The translations under genes and the position numbers were made by a program. Below the pieces are notes generated by a model, which made no database searches, was not told the DNA's origin, and saw nothing but the letters and a program-made list of their open reading frames with translations. A stretch of DNA of 64,000 nt from the IMG/VR virus record IMGVR_UViG_3300044712_001937, positions 248,001 through 312,000 of that record; one strand, given 5' to 3'. This document shows positions 30,001-39,540 of the stretch, piece after piece; the stretch's first letter is position 1; the number at the start of each line of letters is the position of its first letter.

Positions 30001-30048
30001 CCGATAATCCTCCGATTTAATTAATAATCTACCGATAATCTACCGATA
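30001..30048. repeat. Short direct repeats (ATAATCTACCG x2 plus CCGATAATC variants)
   Basis: Read directly at 30001-30011, 30024-30034 and 30035-30045. Confidence 0.7.
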
Positions 30049-30050
30049 TT

Positions 30051-30079
30051 AAAACCTGTTTTTCATTTATCAAAAACAG
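30051..30079 (-). terminator. Terminator-like hairpin at the 3' end of the structured RNA
   Basis: CTGTTTTT/AAAAACAG 8-bp stem plus TTTT on minus. Confidence 0.55.
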
Positions 30080-30084
30080 ATTAA

Positions 30085-30560
30085 AAAGTTAGGTTTAGTT
30101 GCGAACTTTCCTTTCAGTGACGACATCATTATTTTTAGTCTTAGCTGGGCAAGTGTTATGTCACAATCTCATTCAGCTTTGCCCAATACTGAATTGTACA
30201 TCGAGCGTAGAGAGGTATTCGAAACCTCACGTTAGGCAGTAAAATTTTCGGTGCACCTTCTGCCGTAGACCTCTGCTCTTTCGGGCAGGTACTATACCAT
30301 TCAGTCATCTACGCAATGAGAAGAAGTGTTCCTATTGTGTTATTAGGAAAATCACGTTAACCTAAACTCACTATGGCTAAGTGATACAGAAATCGTCATC
30401 TGTAATGATTCTGACTTATAGATTTAAACACATGAGTAAACGTTTTACGGTCTTAACCGTTTCTAAGGCTTTGGAGCACTGTTGCCAGCGTATTTATGTG
30501 ACTAACATCACTATGTCGGAATGCACCCCCTCAATTATACCGCCCTTCAAAACAATTTAC
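30085..30560 (-). ncRNA. Large structured ncRNA candidate (GOLLD-like architecture) with embedded tRNA-like domain
   Basis: GC-enriched; at least five local hairpins, two long-range crossing helices, 3' GATGTCGTC...GTTCGCAAC hairpin. Confidence 0.55.
30204..30314 (-). tRNA. Atypical tRNA-like element (111 nt, no canonical anticodon loop)
   Basis: Acceptor GCGTAGA/TCTACGC, D-arm ACT-GAATGGTAT-AGT, T-arm GAGGT-TTCGAAT-ACCTC; 3' end T-CGA. Confidence 0.65.
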
Positions 30561-30600
30561 AATCTATTTTATCAGCACTTCTCTTTTATTTTAAAGAACT

Positions 30601-31149
30601 TTAATTTGCAAATGGGTCAGCATTATTATCTTGTCCAGTTTTAAATGCTTCTTCGGTTCTGGCAGATGTAACTAATTTAATTTCCAAATCCGGACGACCA
30701 CCAATAATTAAACTATTCGGAAATGTTGCTTTCATTGTTTTATGTTGCCTATCAATATCAATAAGTTTTTGCTGATTGAAGGTAAATTCTTTTCGAGTAC
30801 CTTCAATAGTATTCATTAATTTTGAATATAAGCTGGCATCAAAAGTAGGATTACTTTCTTGTATCCATTTCATTAAAACTTCTTTTCCACCATTACCATC
30901 GTTCTTATAACGACCTTCCATCATTCCGATGTATATTTCTTTGAAACCTTCTTTATATTTATCGGTAACCTTTGCCTGACCAGCGATAGTTTTCCAAGTG
31001 TTATCAAAGATAACTTCACAATCTTTCTGTACAGCTTTACCTGTTAAATACAATCTTTTTTCATCATTTGAAACACCTATTGCCCAAATAATAAGGGAAA
31101 CAGCAAAGATTGCAATTAAACCAAATATAATCCAACCAGTTTTTTTCAT
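30601..31149 (-). CDS. Membrane-anchored helical protein (LemA-like, tentative)
   Basis: N-terminal TM; NTWK.I..QA.V.DKY, WIQESNP, IEGTRKEF. Confidence 0.6.
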   Translation of the reverse strand: MKKTGWIIFGLIAIFAVSLIIWAIGVSNDEKRLYLTGKAVQKDCEVIFDNTWKTIAGQAKVTDKYKEGFKEIYIGMMEGRYKNDGNGGKEVLMKWIQESNPTFDASLYSKLMNTIEGTRKEFTFNQQKLIDIDRQHKTMKATFPNSLIIGGRPDLEIKLVTSARTEEAFKTGQDNNADPFAN

Positions 31150-31217
31150 TTTTTAAATTTTTAAGTTTAACAATATTTTAATTACAATTTATAATTACGA
31201 CAAATATATAAAATTTG

Positions 31218-31592
31218 TTACAATAATTTAGCTAAATAATCAATAGAAATTTCACATTGATTCATTTCTTTTTTCATTAGTTCTGTTAATTTATTAAACA
31301 ATTCATCATTATCACATTCATCTCGTTTTTTAATTATAGCCAACAAATTTTTTAACGGAGATAATTTATTTCTAATGTCAGCACCAATTTCACCTGAATC
31401 AACAATATCAATTTCAATTAATTCATAATCATCAAAATTAATTTCAGGATTAATTTTTTTAATATCATTAATATCTGCAGTTATTGATAATATTTGAGGA
31501 ATTTCACATGAATATGATTCTGGGTTAGAACCAAATAAATATAAATGAATAAATTCTTTAGTATCTTTTGTTCTAAGTGTTTTAGCTTTCAT
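31218..31592 (-). CDS. Hypothetical protein
   Basis: 124-aa ORF; C-terminus resembles a DHp helix (DIRNKLSPL). Confidence 0.6.
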   Translation of the reverse strand: MKAKTLRTKDTKEFIHLYLFGSNPESYSCEIPQILSITADINDIKKINPEINFDDYELIEIDIVDSGEIGADIRNKLSPLKNLLAIIKKRDECDNDELFNKLTELMKKEMNQCEISIDYLAKLL

Positions 31593-31923
31593 CTGTTGCT
31601 ATTATTATATTGGTTTGTTTTCTGGTTACAGCTAATCTATGAATAGTGCTTGCATATGAACATTTAATTAATTGATTGAAATATTGATATAATTTATATA
31701 ACTTTTCTTTATCAAAAGTTAATACACTATCACAACATTTTTTAAATGCAAATGCCTCACATAATTTTAAATCTTCTTCATTAAGATTTGAATATTTTTT
31801 CAATTCAGAAATACTCCATATAAAATTAATAAACAATTCTTTAATTTCATCGGTTAATTCGTTCAATTCCTGACTACGAATAATTTCATTCGATAATTCT
31901 AAATCATACTCTTTAGTTGTCAT
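31582..31923 (-). CDS. Hypothetical protein
   Basis: 113-aa ORF. Confidence 0.6.
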   Translation of the reverse strand: MTTKEYDLELSNEIIRSQELNELTDEIKELFINFIWSISELKKYSNLNEEDLKLCEAFAFKKCCDSVLTFDKEKLYKLYQYFNQLIKCSYASTIHRLAVTRKQTNIIIATDES

Positions 31924-32210
31924 TTTAATTCTTCTTTTTTAAGTCTAAAACTTTTACCTTCTTTACGTAATCTCTTCTTCAACTCATCTTTTAATTCCAA
32001 CCCTATTTCTTCGGCAGCACATATAGCATTTACACAATATGATAAATCTTTCTTATTATAGTATAAACCATTTACATATACAATTCCATGATATACATTT
32101 TGAAAAGGTTTAATTAATCCAGTAATTGGTTTTAATTCAACTTCCACTATTAGTTCATTTAATATATCATCTTCACTATATGTTAATCTATATTCACCTT
32201 TAATCTGCAT
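31920..32210 (-). CDS. Hypothetical protein
   Basis: 96-aa ORF. Confidence 0.6.
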   Translation of the reverse strand: MQIKGEYRLTYSEDDILNELIVEVELKPITGLIKPFQNVYHGIVYVNGLYYNKKDLSYCVNAICAAEEIGLELKDELKKRLRKEGKSFRLKKEELK

Positions 32211-32472
32211 TTAGTAATAAATTTCTAATGAATGCTTCAGTTTCATCATTCATCAATTCTTTTGGCATAGATTTAATAAAGGCATGTGCATTATTAGTAC
32301 GTTTTACTTTAATTAATGCTTGAGCATCTTCTTCGTTTAAATCTTTAGCAATTATATTTAAATTTTTGCCAATATTATCATAATTTTCTTCAGGATTATA
32401 TCTGGTCATAAAACGACATCCAACATATTGTGGACTCGCTTTTTCATTATACTCGTATACTACAAATTTCAT
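32200..32472 (-). CDS. Hypothetical protein
   Basis: 90-aa ORF. Confidence 0.6.
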   Translation of the reverse strand: MKFVVYEYNEKASPQYVGCRFMTRYNPEENYDNIGKNLNIIAKDLNEEDAQALIKVKRTNNAHAFIKSMPKELMNDETEAFIRNLLLNAD

Positions 32473-32552
32473 AATTACTATATATATTAAATTAAAAAAC
32501 TAATTTTTTCCTAAATTTATGTAAAAATATCCATTTTCTTTAAGAAATTCAA

Positions 32553-33092
32553 TCACGCTACTTTCATTTTAACGTTAAAATGATTATTTTTCAAATCAAT
32601 TAAACAATCTTCAAACGTAGGTAATATTTTACCTCCAAATAATTCAATACTTTCTTGTAGCATTAAATTAACACAATTGTTTCCAAAATTTTCGATATTT
32701 GGAAATTCAGATTTTTGTTTTAGATAGTTATAATTAAAATATGTTTCAGTAATGTCTTTCAATTTTTCATTATGAAACTGAGTATAACCATATATTATTT
32801 TTTTCAAACTAAACCCAACACCCATTTCAAATGCAGAACCATCATCAACACAAGCACCACGAAATGGATTTAAATTTACAATAATTATGTTACATTTTTG
32901 AATTAAATCAACATTTGATAAAAATATACTTTTTGAATGTGCTTTCGAGAATAATTCACCATCAAAATTTTCATTATCAAATGGTGATAAACCTGTAAAT
33001 CCATATTTTTCACATAATGCTTTAATTCTTTCAAAATAGTCTAACGCATCAGCACGAAAAACGTCAGCACCTGCTAAATAAATGTTGTTCAT
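32553..33092 (-). CDS. Nucleoside 2-deoxyribosyltransferase family protein
   Basis: IYLAGADVF, NLNPFRG, DDGSAFEMG, NLML. Confidence 0.88.
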   Translation of the reverse strand: MNNIYLAGADVFRADALDYFERIKALCEKYGFTGLSPFDNENFDGELFSKAHSKSIFLSNVDLIQKCNIIIVNLNPFRGACVDDGSAFEMGVGFSLKKIIYGYTQFHNEKLKDITETYFNYNYLKQKSEFPNIENFGNNCVNLMLQESIELFGGKILPTFEDCLIDLKNNHFNVKMKVA

Positions 33093-33094
33093 AG

Positions 33095-33307
33095 TTAATT
33101 AGTTTTTAATTTATTATGCTTTGATACAATATCTAAAATTTCTCTTATTTTTTCTTTATATTCTTCAGAATTATAATATTGAAATTCTTCTTCACATGTA
33201 GGTATTTCACAAAGAGGTAATGGATATTTATCACGAACTTCTTTAATTGAAGGAAATCCACAATCCCCTGAAAACTGTTCCCATATACATCTACCTGAAT
33301 AGCACAT
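33095..33307 (-). CDS. Small Cys-containing hypothetical protein
   Basis: MCYSGRCIWE..SGDCG. Confidence 0.55.
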   Translation of the reverse strand: MCYSGRCIWEQFSGDCGFPSIKEVRDKYPLPLCEIPTCEEEFQYYNSEEYKEKIREILDIVSKHNKLKTN

Positions 33308-33308
33308 C

Positions 33309-34229
33309 TTATATTAATGTTGAAGAATTATTATTATATTTTCTTTTTGAATCAAGACATTTTATAATAAATCCATTTAATGATTTTCCATTTTTTGGAT
33401 TGTGATTAATTATTTTTCCAGAATTAATTTGTTTAAATTCTTTATAGAAAGAATAACCACGATTTTTAAGAAATTTAGATATATTCATTGTCCTAAATTC
33501 ATTTCCATCGACATCAATAATAATATATCTTAAAGCTCTATGATATTCTAATTCACCCGATTTTATTCTTTCATCGTCTATATTCACTCTAAATTTATTA
33601 CCATCCCAATCTCTAACAACAAGAGTTCCTTTTCTTTGTTTTGATAAATTTTGTTTTGTCTCATTACTCAATTTAATGCCAACATTAGGATATCTATATT
33701 TAGATTTATTTTGATGATATTTATTTTTACTTATTCTTACAAGAGTATTAGTTTCTATATCAATAACACTAACAAAACCACAAGTATGCCCAGATAATTT
33801 TGGATTATTATCAAACTCATCTTTACTAATTCTTATTTTCATTCCCATTTCATTAATTGCAATCACTTCATTTTTTCTATTAAACATAGGATTATTATTT
33901 CCTTTAACATTTCTACCAAAACACCCTCCAATACTTGCATAAGATTCATTAAAATATAATTCAGATTCAACAACATTATTTTCTTTTTGAATACGCAATT
34001 CTTCAATTAATGCATCATTTCTATTATTATGATATGATAATATTTTTAATGAAAATAAATATTTATTATTTTTTAATTCAGATTCAAATATTTTTCTATA
34101 TCTTTTACTTCTAATAGTACCAAAATATTTTCCAGATAATGCTTTTATTTCCGATGTAGAACCAATATAATATTTAGGTAAATTATCACCTAAATATGTT
34201 GTTAAATATACCACAAATTTATTATTCAT
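33309..34229 (-). mobile_element. Free-standing GIY-YIG homing endonuclease gene next to DNA ligase
   Basis: VVYLT...YYIGS, ALIEE catalytic Glu, YFN; repeated C-terminal DNA-binding-like units; class B promoter 34245-34252. Confidence 0.78.
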
Positions 34230-34280
34230 ACTAAATTATTTAATATAAATACGAGGGTACTGTAGTAAAATCATAATTTA

Positions 34281-35699
34281 TTAAATAAATTGTGAACTTT
34301 TATTTATTTCAATACATTCAATCAATGTATTTGCAATATCTTTTTCACCAATACGAAGACCTTTATATACTGGATGAAGTAGTGAATAATTTTTATCTGA
34401 ATCTTGTGACAATCCAGAACATTTAACAGCAACCACAGTTCCTAATAATTCATTTTGTCTTTCAGTTATATCGAGCATAACATCTTCTGACATTCCAGTA
34501 GGACTTGTTTGCAATAAGCCACATTCAGTTTCGCAATTTAATGATGATATTACATTAGAATTTTTTCCTGTACCATAATTAAACCCAACTATTTTTAAAT
34601 CCAATTCAATTTCCTTTTTTAGTTTAACTTGAGTTACAGGCTTACCATCAGACCATTTTCCATTATATGATTTCAAAATTGTACCTTCACCATTTTTACT
34701 TAAAATATCTTCAAAATGTTCAATAACATCATTCATGGTTGATACTTCTCTTGTTTCAACCAATGAAATCATTGAGAAATTATTATTATTAATTAAAATT
34801 TTAAGATTATTAAATCTAACATAATAAGGGGATTCAGATTTATTATCATAATATTCATCGTTTGTTATTACATCCCATACTGTTAATCTTATTAAATTCA
34901 ATGCCGATTGAAATTCCATATGCTTTTTCTCAAATTCATCGATTTTCTTTTGTGTTTCTTCCGATGTTCTACTTTCTCTTTTTTTATTAATATCAATTAA
35001 TGAAGCTATTATTCCATTAGAAACATATCTTTCCATGATTCCACCATCAGGAGAATCCATCGTCAGTTCACCATTTAACACACAATCGCCTAATTTTTCT
35101 AATTCAAATAGAAATTTTGCACCATCTAAAACTGTTGGCTCACCTTGTCTTGAAGATAATTCAACATCACCAGAATCAATAATGACATTAACATACCTTC
35201 CATCCATTTTTTCCTGCGAAAAATTTATTGGGGTAGATTTTAATATATTTTTAACTAATTTATCTGAATATGATTTAGCTCCAAGATATGCAACTTTTTC
35301 AATTAGGTCAGGAAATACTTTGTTAATATTTCGAGTTCCCATGCCTATTTTACAATCTTTTTCAATTATACGTTCAATAATATATGAAGAATCTTCGTCA
35401 AGACTTTCTAACACACCTTTTAAATGTTGAATAGCTGCATTACCAGTAACACTTCTATTACTTAATAAAGTTAATTGATTTATCGCCCACCATAAAGAAT
35501 CATTGTAAGATTCCGGAATATGTTCTTTATGTTTATCATATTCAGGAATTTGTTTAATATAAAACTTAATTCGTTTTGAATTTGCTAAATATAATATTTT
35601 TTCTAATAAATCATTATTAATATATTTAGAAAGAATATTCATTTTCTCATTAGTACTTGATTCATTACTAATTTCATCGAAAATTTGTTTAATTGTCAT
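34281..35699 (-). CDS. ATP-dependent DNA ligase (T4 gp30-like)
   Basis: QEKMDGRY, LNGEL, VWD, EGTILK, KLK, LLHP. Confidence 0.92.
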   Translation of the reverse strand: MTIKQIFDEISNESSTNEKMNILSKYINNDLLEKILYLANSKRIKFYIKQIPEYDKHKEHIPESYNDSLWWAINQLTLLSNRSVTGNAAIQHLKGVLESLDEDSSYIIERIIEKDCKIGMGTRNINKVFPDLIEKVAYLGAKSYSDKLVKNILKSTPINFSQEKMDGRYVNVIIDSGDVELSSRQGEPTVLDGAKFLFELEKLGDCVLNGELTMDSPDGGIMERYVSNGIIASLIDINKKRESRTSEETQKKIDEFEKKHMEFQSALNLIRLTVWDVITNDEYYDNKSESPYYVRFNNLKILINNNNFSMISLVETREVSTMNDVIEHFEDILSKNGEGTILKSYNGKWSDGKPVTQVKLKKEIELDLKIVGFNYGTGKNSNVISSLNCETECGLLQTSPTGMSEDVMLDITERQNELLGTVVAVKCSGLSQDSDKNYSLLHPVYKGLRIGEKDIANTLIECIEINKSSQFI

Positions 35700-35710
35700 G
35701 TTAAAAATTT

Positions 35711-35899
35711 TTAATAAAAAATATCACTTATTCCTCTTGCAATCCAACTTAAAAACACAAATATTAATACTATTGGAAAAAATACTGCAGGAATCCATAG
35801 CATATCTTCAAATACTTCAATTAAATCATTATCATATAAAATATTTGCAATTGTTTTTCCAACAAGTAAATAAAGAATTGTACCAATTATCCACCACAT
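35711..35899 (-). CDS. Small membrane protein
   Basis: Two TM segments. Confidence 0.6.
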   Translation of the reverse strand: MWWIIGTILYLLVGKTIANILYDNDLIEVFEDMLWIPAVFFPIVLIFVFLSWIARGISDIFY

Positions 35900-35938
35900 A
35901 AATTTATTTTTACTTTAATTTTTAAAATTTGATTTAGT

Positions 35939-36169
35939 TTATATAATTAAAAAAGTGGGTGAACGAGCTTTAGGAAATTCAACATTAAATTTCCATCTCC
36001 AAATTTTTTTATATATATGACAAATATACTTTTTTATTTTAAAAAATAATAAATATTTAGCAATTATTATTTCATTAATTTTATTATAATCATTAGCACT
36101 TATTTTGCCTATAAGTATGAATAATACTAAAACTATAATAAACAATGAAATTATAAATCTATAATACAT
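35939..36169 (-). CDS. Small membrane protein
   Basis: N-terminal TM. Confidence 0.4.
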   Translation of the reverse strand: MYYRFIISLFIIVLVLFILIGKISANDYNKINEIIIAKYLLFFKIKKYICHIYKKIWRWKFNVEFPKARSPTFLII

Positions 36170-36184
36170 TATTAAATATTATTT

Positions 36185-36925
36185 TTATTTGATATTATTT
36201 TTAAAATTATAAAACCATTTATTGAACATACTTGGTAATATATTATGTTCAGAAAATCCATATAATCCACAAGAATAAAAATTATGACATTCAATTATAA
36301 ATGTATCTTTATCATTTACTCCAACATCAAGAGTATATGCAATTGGTGCAGATTTATATGATTTAATCATTTCTTTAATCACCTCAACATTAGGAAATAA
36401 AGTAAATTCACCACTATAACAATTTAAACCAACTAATTTTCCATCATATATAAATGCACGCCATTCACTATCTATAGATATAAATGTGGAAAATTGATAA
36501 TCACCTATTGGTGGTAATTTACTTGAAGAGACAAAATCTGCAAATTTTTTAATCTCATCATTACTTTTAGCAAACCATTTACCACTTAAATCTTCAACAT
36601 CCATGTGATTGCCATTTTTTACAACACGTTTTGTAAAATAATAACTCATTAATTCTTCCGGAATATTAATTGGATTAGGTGAATAACCATAAAATTGTTC
36701 CATAAAAGCATGAACAAATTCTACAGAACCTATTGGAGTATAATCTCTATGACAATTCTTAAAAAAGAATTTTTTTTGTTCAGAGGTTGTATCAAAAAAT
36801 TTGACGATAATTTTATCTAAAGTATTTCTTTCTCTTAACCAATTAATAAACCTAATTGATTCAAGAAGTGTAAATGAAAAATCGTGCCTAATATCACCAT
36901 CAATCTTTTGTATAAGAAATCTCAT
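36185..36925 (-). CDS. ATP-grasp domain protein (DUF4343/R2K-like)
   Basis: GSVEFV, SEWRAFI, YTLDVG, IIECHNFYSCGLYG. Confidence 0.8.
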   Translation of the reverse strand: MRFLIQKIDGDIRHDFSFTLLESIRFINWLRERNTLDKIIVKFFDTTSEQKKFFFKNCHRDYTPIGSVEFVHAFMEQFYGYSPNPINIPEELMSYYFTKRVVKNGNHMDVEDLSGKWFAKSNDEIKKFADFVSSSKLPPIGDYQFSTFISIDSEWRAFIYDGKLVGLNCYSGEFTLFPNVEVIKEMIKSYKSAPIAYTLDVGVNDKDTFIIECHNFYSCGLYGFSEHNILPSMFNKWFYNFKNNIK

Positions 36926-37272
36926 AATTCATCTTCCTTTCCTTCAAAATTTTTATCTAACCAAAATATTTGAGCTGCTTCAGTTGGGTCACCATCATGA
37001 TATTTTTTTACATAATCTCTACGAGAATCAACGAAATTAGCATAACTATACCACCAACCTTCAGGTTTAAATTTTTTCCAAGCTTCTTCAGCTTCTTTTT
37101 CACCTTTAAATATAAAGGTTTCTTCACACATTATAATAGAAATTCCTATTGGTTTAAAGCCAGCTTCTCTAACTTCTTTCAATAAAATACTACTTGGTGT
37201 ACCATATCGCCATACGCCATTTTCATCGTAGAAATTGTCAAGGTTATCAAAATATTCTTCAGTCTTTTCCAT
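36922..37272 (-). CDS. Hypothetical protein
   Basis: 116-aa ORF. Confidence 0.65.
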   Translation of the reverse strand: MEKTEEYFDNLDNFYDENGVWRYGTPSSILLKEVREAGFKPIGISIIMCEETFIFKGEKEAEEAWKKFKPEGWWYSYANFVDSRRDYVKKYHDGDPTEAAQIFWLDKNFEGKEDEL

Positions 37273-37333
37273 TATGGATATATTTCAAACAAATGTAAAA
37301 CTAATTAAATAAAATTGCAAGAATATTTTTAAA

Positions 37334-38494
37334 TCATTCTAAAATTCCTTTATCGCTAAATGTTTTATATAATTTTAATGATGTTGCATACATTAAATTA
37401 GGAATTTCATCTGCAATAATATCAATCAGTTGATTATTTACTGTAACTGGAAAATGTGGGGGAACTTGGTCTAAACAAGTAACAACAATATTTTTATTTG
37501 AATACATATTATGATGACAATCGCAACAAAATGCATATTTTAATAATTCAATATCCAATACCGATTTTCTAAAATCACCTTGAAATCCACCATTAACATT
37601 AGTTTCTAATGGATTATTAATTATATATGAATTATCTAATTCTTCGTTTGTCATAAAACCATTACCATGCCGAGTTTGATATGCACGTGTAATATAATAA
37701 GTTTGAATATTAAAAATATCTTTTAGTATAGAATTTTTAATAATTTCTAAAGCATTTTTAGATGTCGTATTACTCCGGGTTACATTCGGAAAAAAACCAT
37801 AATTTTGGTCTAATAATATTCCTTGTCCACCTTCAAAAATATAATTATCATACTTTTTCGATGAAATTAAAATATCTAAATTTTCAACAATAATATAATT
37901 TTTAACCAAATTATCACAAGCAATAATAAAATCATCAACAGCTTTTTTTAATTTAAAATTTAAATTTACTTCAATATTATCATAATTATAGTTATAATAA
38001 TTATCTTGAATCAATTTTAATTTAGCGTCACGAATTTTAGGAAATAATAAATCTCGAACATATAAATGAAAATAATCTTCATTTCTTTGAATAGTAGTAC
38101 CAAAACCTACGCCAACACTTCCGTGATTATTTACTTTTTCAAGTTTATGATTTTTAAAAATATCAAAAGGTGTTGTAACCATAGCATTTGAGTTATAAAT
38201 ATTAACTGGATTAACTCCAATATTATTTAAAACTAAACTTTCTTTATACACTCCAATTGGATTTACAGTACAATATTCTGACCAATAAGTATGTGCACCT
38301 TGAAATGAACCAGAACCAAAATTTGAAAATATATGTCGATGTTCGTCACTAAACACAACGGTATGTCCTACTTGATGTCCACCATTAAATCTAATTATTA
38401 ATGATTTTGGTGATTGTTTAGCTAAATAACTAACTGTAGCTCCTTTACCTTCATCTCCGAATTGTAATCCTAGAATTATAGATACTTTATCCAT
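37334..38494 (-). CDS. Divergent adenylosuccinate-synthetase-fold enzyme
   Basis: GLQFGDEGKG, RFNGGHQVGHT, FEGGQGILLD, TRAYQTRHGNG; lacks the canonical TTGRxRR aspartate loop. Confidence 0.85.
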   Translation of the reverse strand: MDKVSIILGLQFGDEGKGATVSYLAKQSPKSLIIRFNGGHQVGHTVVFSDEHRHIFSNFGSGSFQGAHTYWSEYCTVNPIGVYKESLVLNNIGVNPVNIYNSNAMVTTPFDIFKNHKLEKVNNHGSVGVGFGTTIQRNEDYFHLYVRDLLFPKIRDAKLKLIQDNYYNYNYDNIEVNLNFKLKKAVDDFIIACDNLVKNYIIVENLDILISSKKYDNYIFEGGQGILLDQNYGFFPNVTRSNTTSKNALEIIKNSILKDIFNIQTYYITRAYQTRHGNGFMTNEELDNSYIINNPLETNVNGGFQGDFRKSVLDIELLKYAFCCDCHHNMYSNKNIVVTCLDQVPPHFPVTVNNQLIDIIADEIPNLMYATSLKLYKTFSDKGILE

Positions 38495-38551
38495 ATAAAA
38501 TAATTTTTGATTAATTTACGATAATTACGATAAAACAATACATTATGTTAC

Positions 38552-38585
38552 AAAAAAAGGGATGTATTTTCATACACCCCTTTTA
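38552..38585 (-). terminator. Intrinsic terminator between vWA and PurA-fold genes
   Basis: AAAAGGG.TGTAT/ATACA.CCCTTTT imperfect stem; abuts class A promoter 38526-38553. Confidence 0.55.
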
Positions 38586-38614
38586 CACATAGTTAGTAGT
38601 CGTATTAGTAGTAG

Positions 38615-39538
38615 TTATAAGTTAAGAACACCTTCGTCATTAGTTGCAACAATACCACCAGTTGTAGTTACTAAAGCAAGAGCGTTTGTAACCATACCAG
38701 CAGTCTTAGAATCAAATTTACTAACTACAGTTTTGATATCAACACCATGTTGAACTGCAATTAATGTTGCAATAGTTGCACAAATAGCATGATAATCATC
38801 AAGAATAATTAATCTTTCGCCAAGCATTTTTCTCCAATACCCCAAAACATTACTATCATTACAGTACGAACCTTCGTTAACATGTATATGATATACGTTA
38901 TAAAGTCTTTGTGCTTCTGCAAGAAGTTGTTCATCAGACGCATCCTCTGATTGAGGATAACCCATAATATTTTTTAGAGATTCAGCATCTAAACAATCCC
39001 AAGATTTTTCATCACCAATTGTAAATAAAAAACCTTTTTGATTACGTTTTTCAAAGCAATCAATAGAAGTATGTCTACCTGCAATAAGCCAAGCAAGAAG
39101 ATAACTTTCCATATCCTGTCCACCACCACCTTTTTGGATTGCAACTCCTGTTAACCACTTATCAAGTTCTTCAGTACCTGATTCAAATTGTCCAACTTGA
39201 AGCGGAGTACTAATACAATGATGGTCATTAATTGCACCGAAAAGTACTTGTGGGTCTGGAACACCATTATCAATAATAGTATTCATAAGAGTAGGAAGTT
39301 CATTTTTAACTAAGTCTTCAGGTATACGACCCATACTTCCAGTATCATCAAGAAATATCATTACAGCTAAAGAATTTGGATGAATATCACTATCACGAGA
39401 TTCCCTAATTGTAAGATTTTTAGGACTCATTTCAACAGTAGCTGTTTTAGAAAAAATAGCATCTGCACTTTTAGTAGCATAACTTTTAGACGAACTTAAG
39501 TTCGTGTATGCATCATCTGACCAACGGCTATATCCCAT
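38615..39538 (-). CDS. vWA domain protein
   Basis: IFLDDTGSMG MIDAS, QVGQFES, GGGGQDMESY, FTIGDE. Confidence 0.85.
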   Translation of the reverse strand: MGYSRWSDDAYTNLSSSKSYATKSADAIFSKTATVEMSPKNLTIRESRDSDIHPNSLAVMIFLDDTGSMGRIPEDLVKNELPTLMNTIIDNGVPDPQVLFGAINDHHCISTPLQVGQFESGTEELDKWLTGVAIQKGGGGQDMESYLLAWLIAGRHTSIDCFEKRNQKGFLFTIGDEKSWDCLDAESLKNIMGYPQSEDASDEQLLAEAQRLYNVYHIHVNEGSYCNDSNVLGYWRKMLGERLIILDDYHAICATIATLIAVQHGVDIKTVVSKFDSKTAGMVTNALALVTTTGGIVATNDEGVLNL

Positions 39539-39540
39539 GT

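Noticed and set aside
30085-30560. tmRNA or RNase P RNA
   Set aside because: Both acceptor strands lie within one 111-nt unit, there is no G3-U70 pair or tag frame, and the GGAAAGTTCG resemblance to RNase P CR-I is at the 3' end with no matching CR-V; a covariance search is still advisable
31218-31592. Histidine kinase
   Set aside because: Only a DHp-like helix without the phospho-His and with no ATPase domain
37334-38494. PurZ / Z-genome (2-aminoadenine) pathway
   Set aside because: Catalytic motif is GDEGKG (Asp, PurA type) rather than the Ser of PurZ, and no recognisable DatZ/MazZ genes are adjacent
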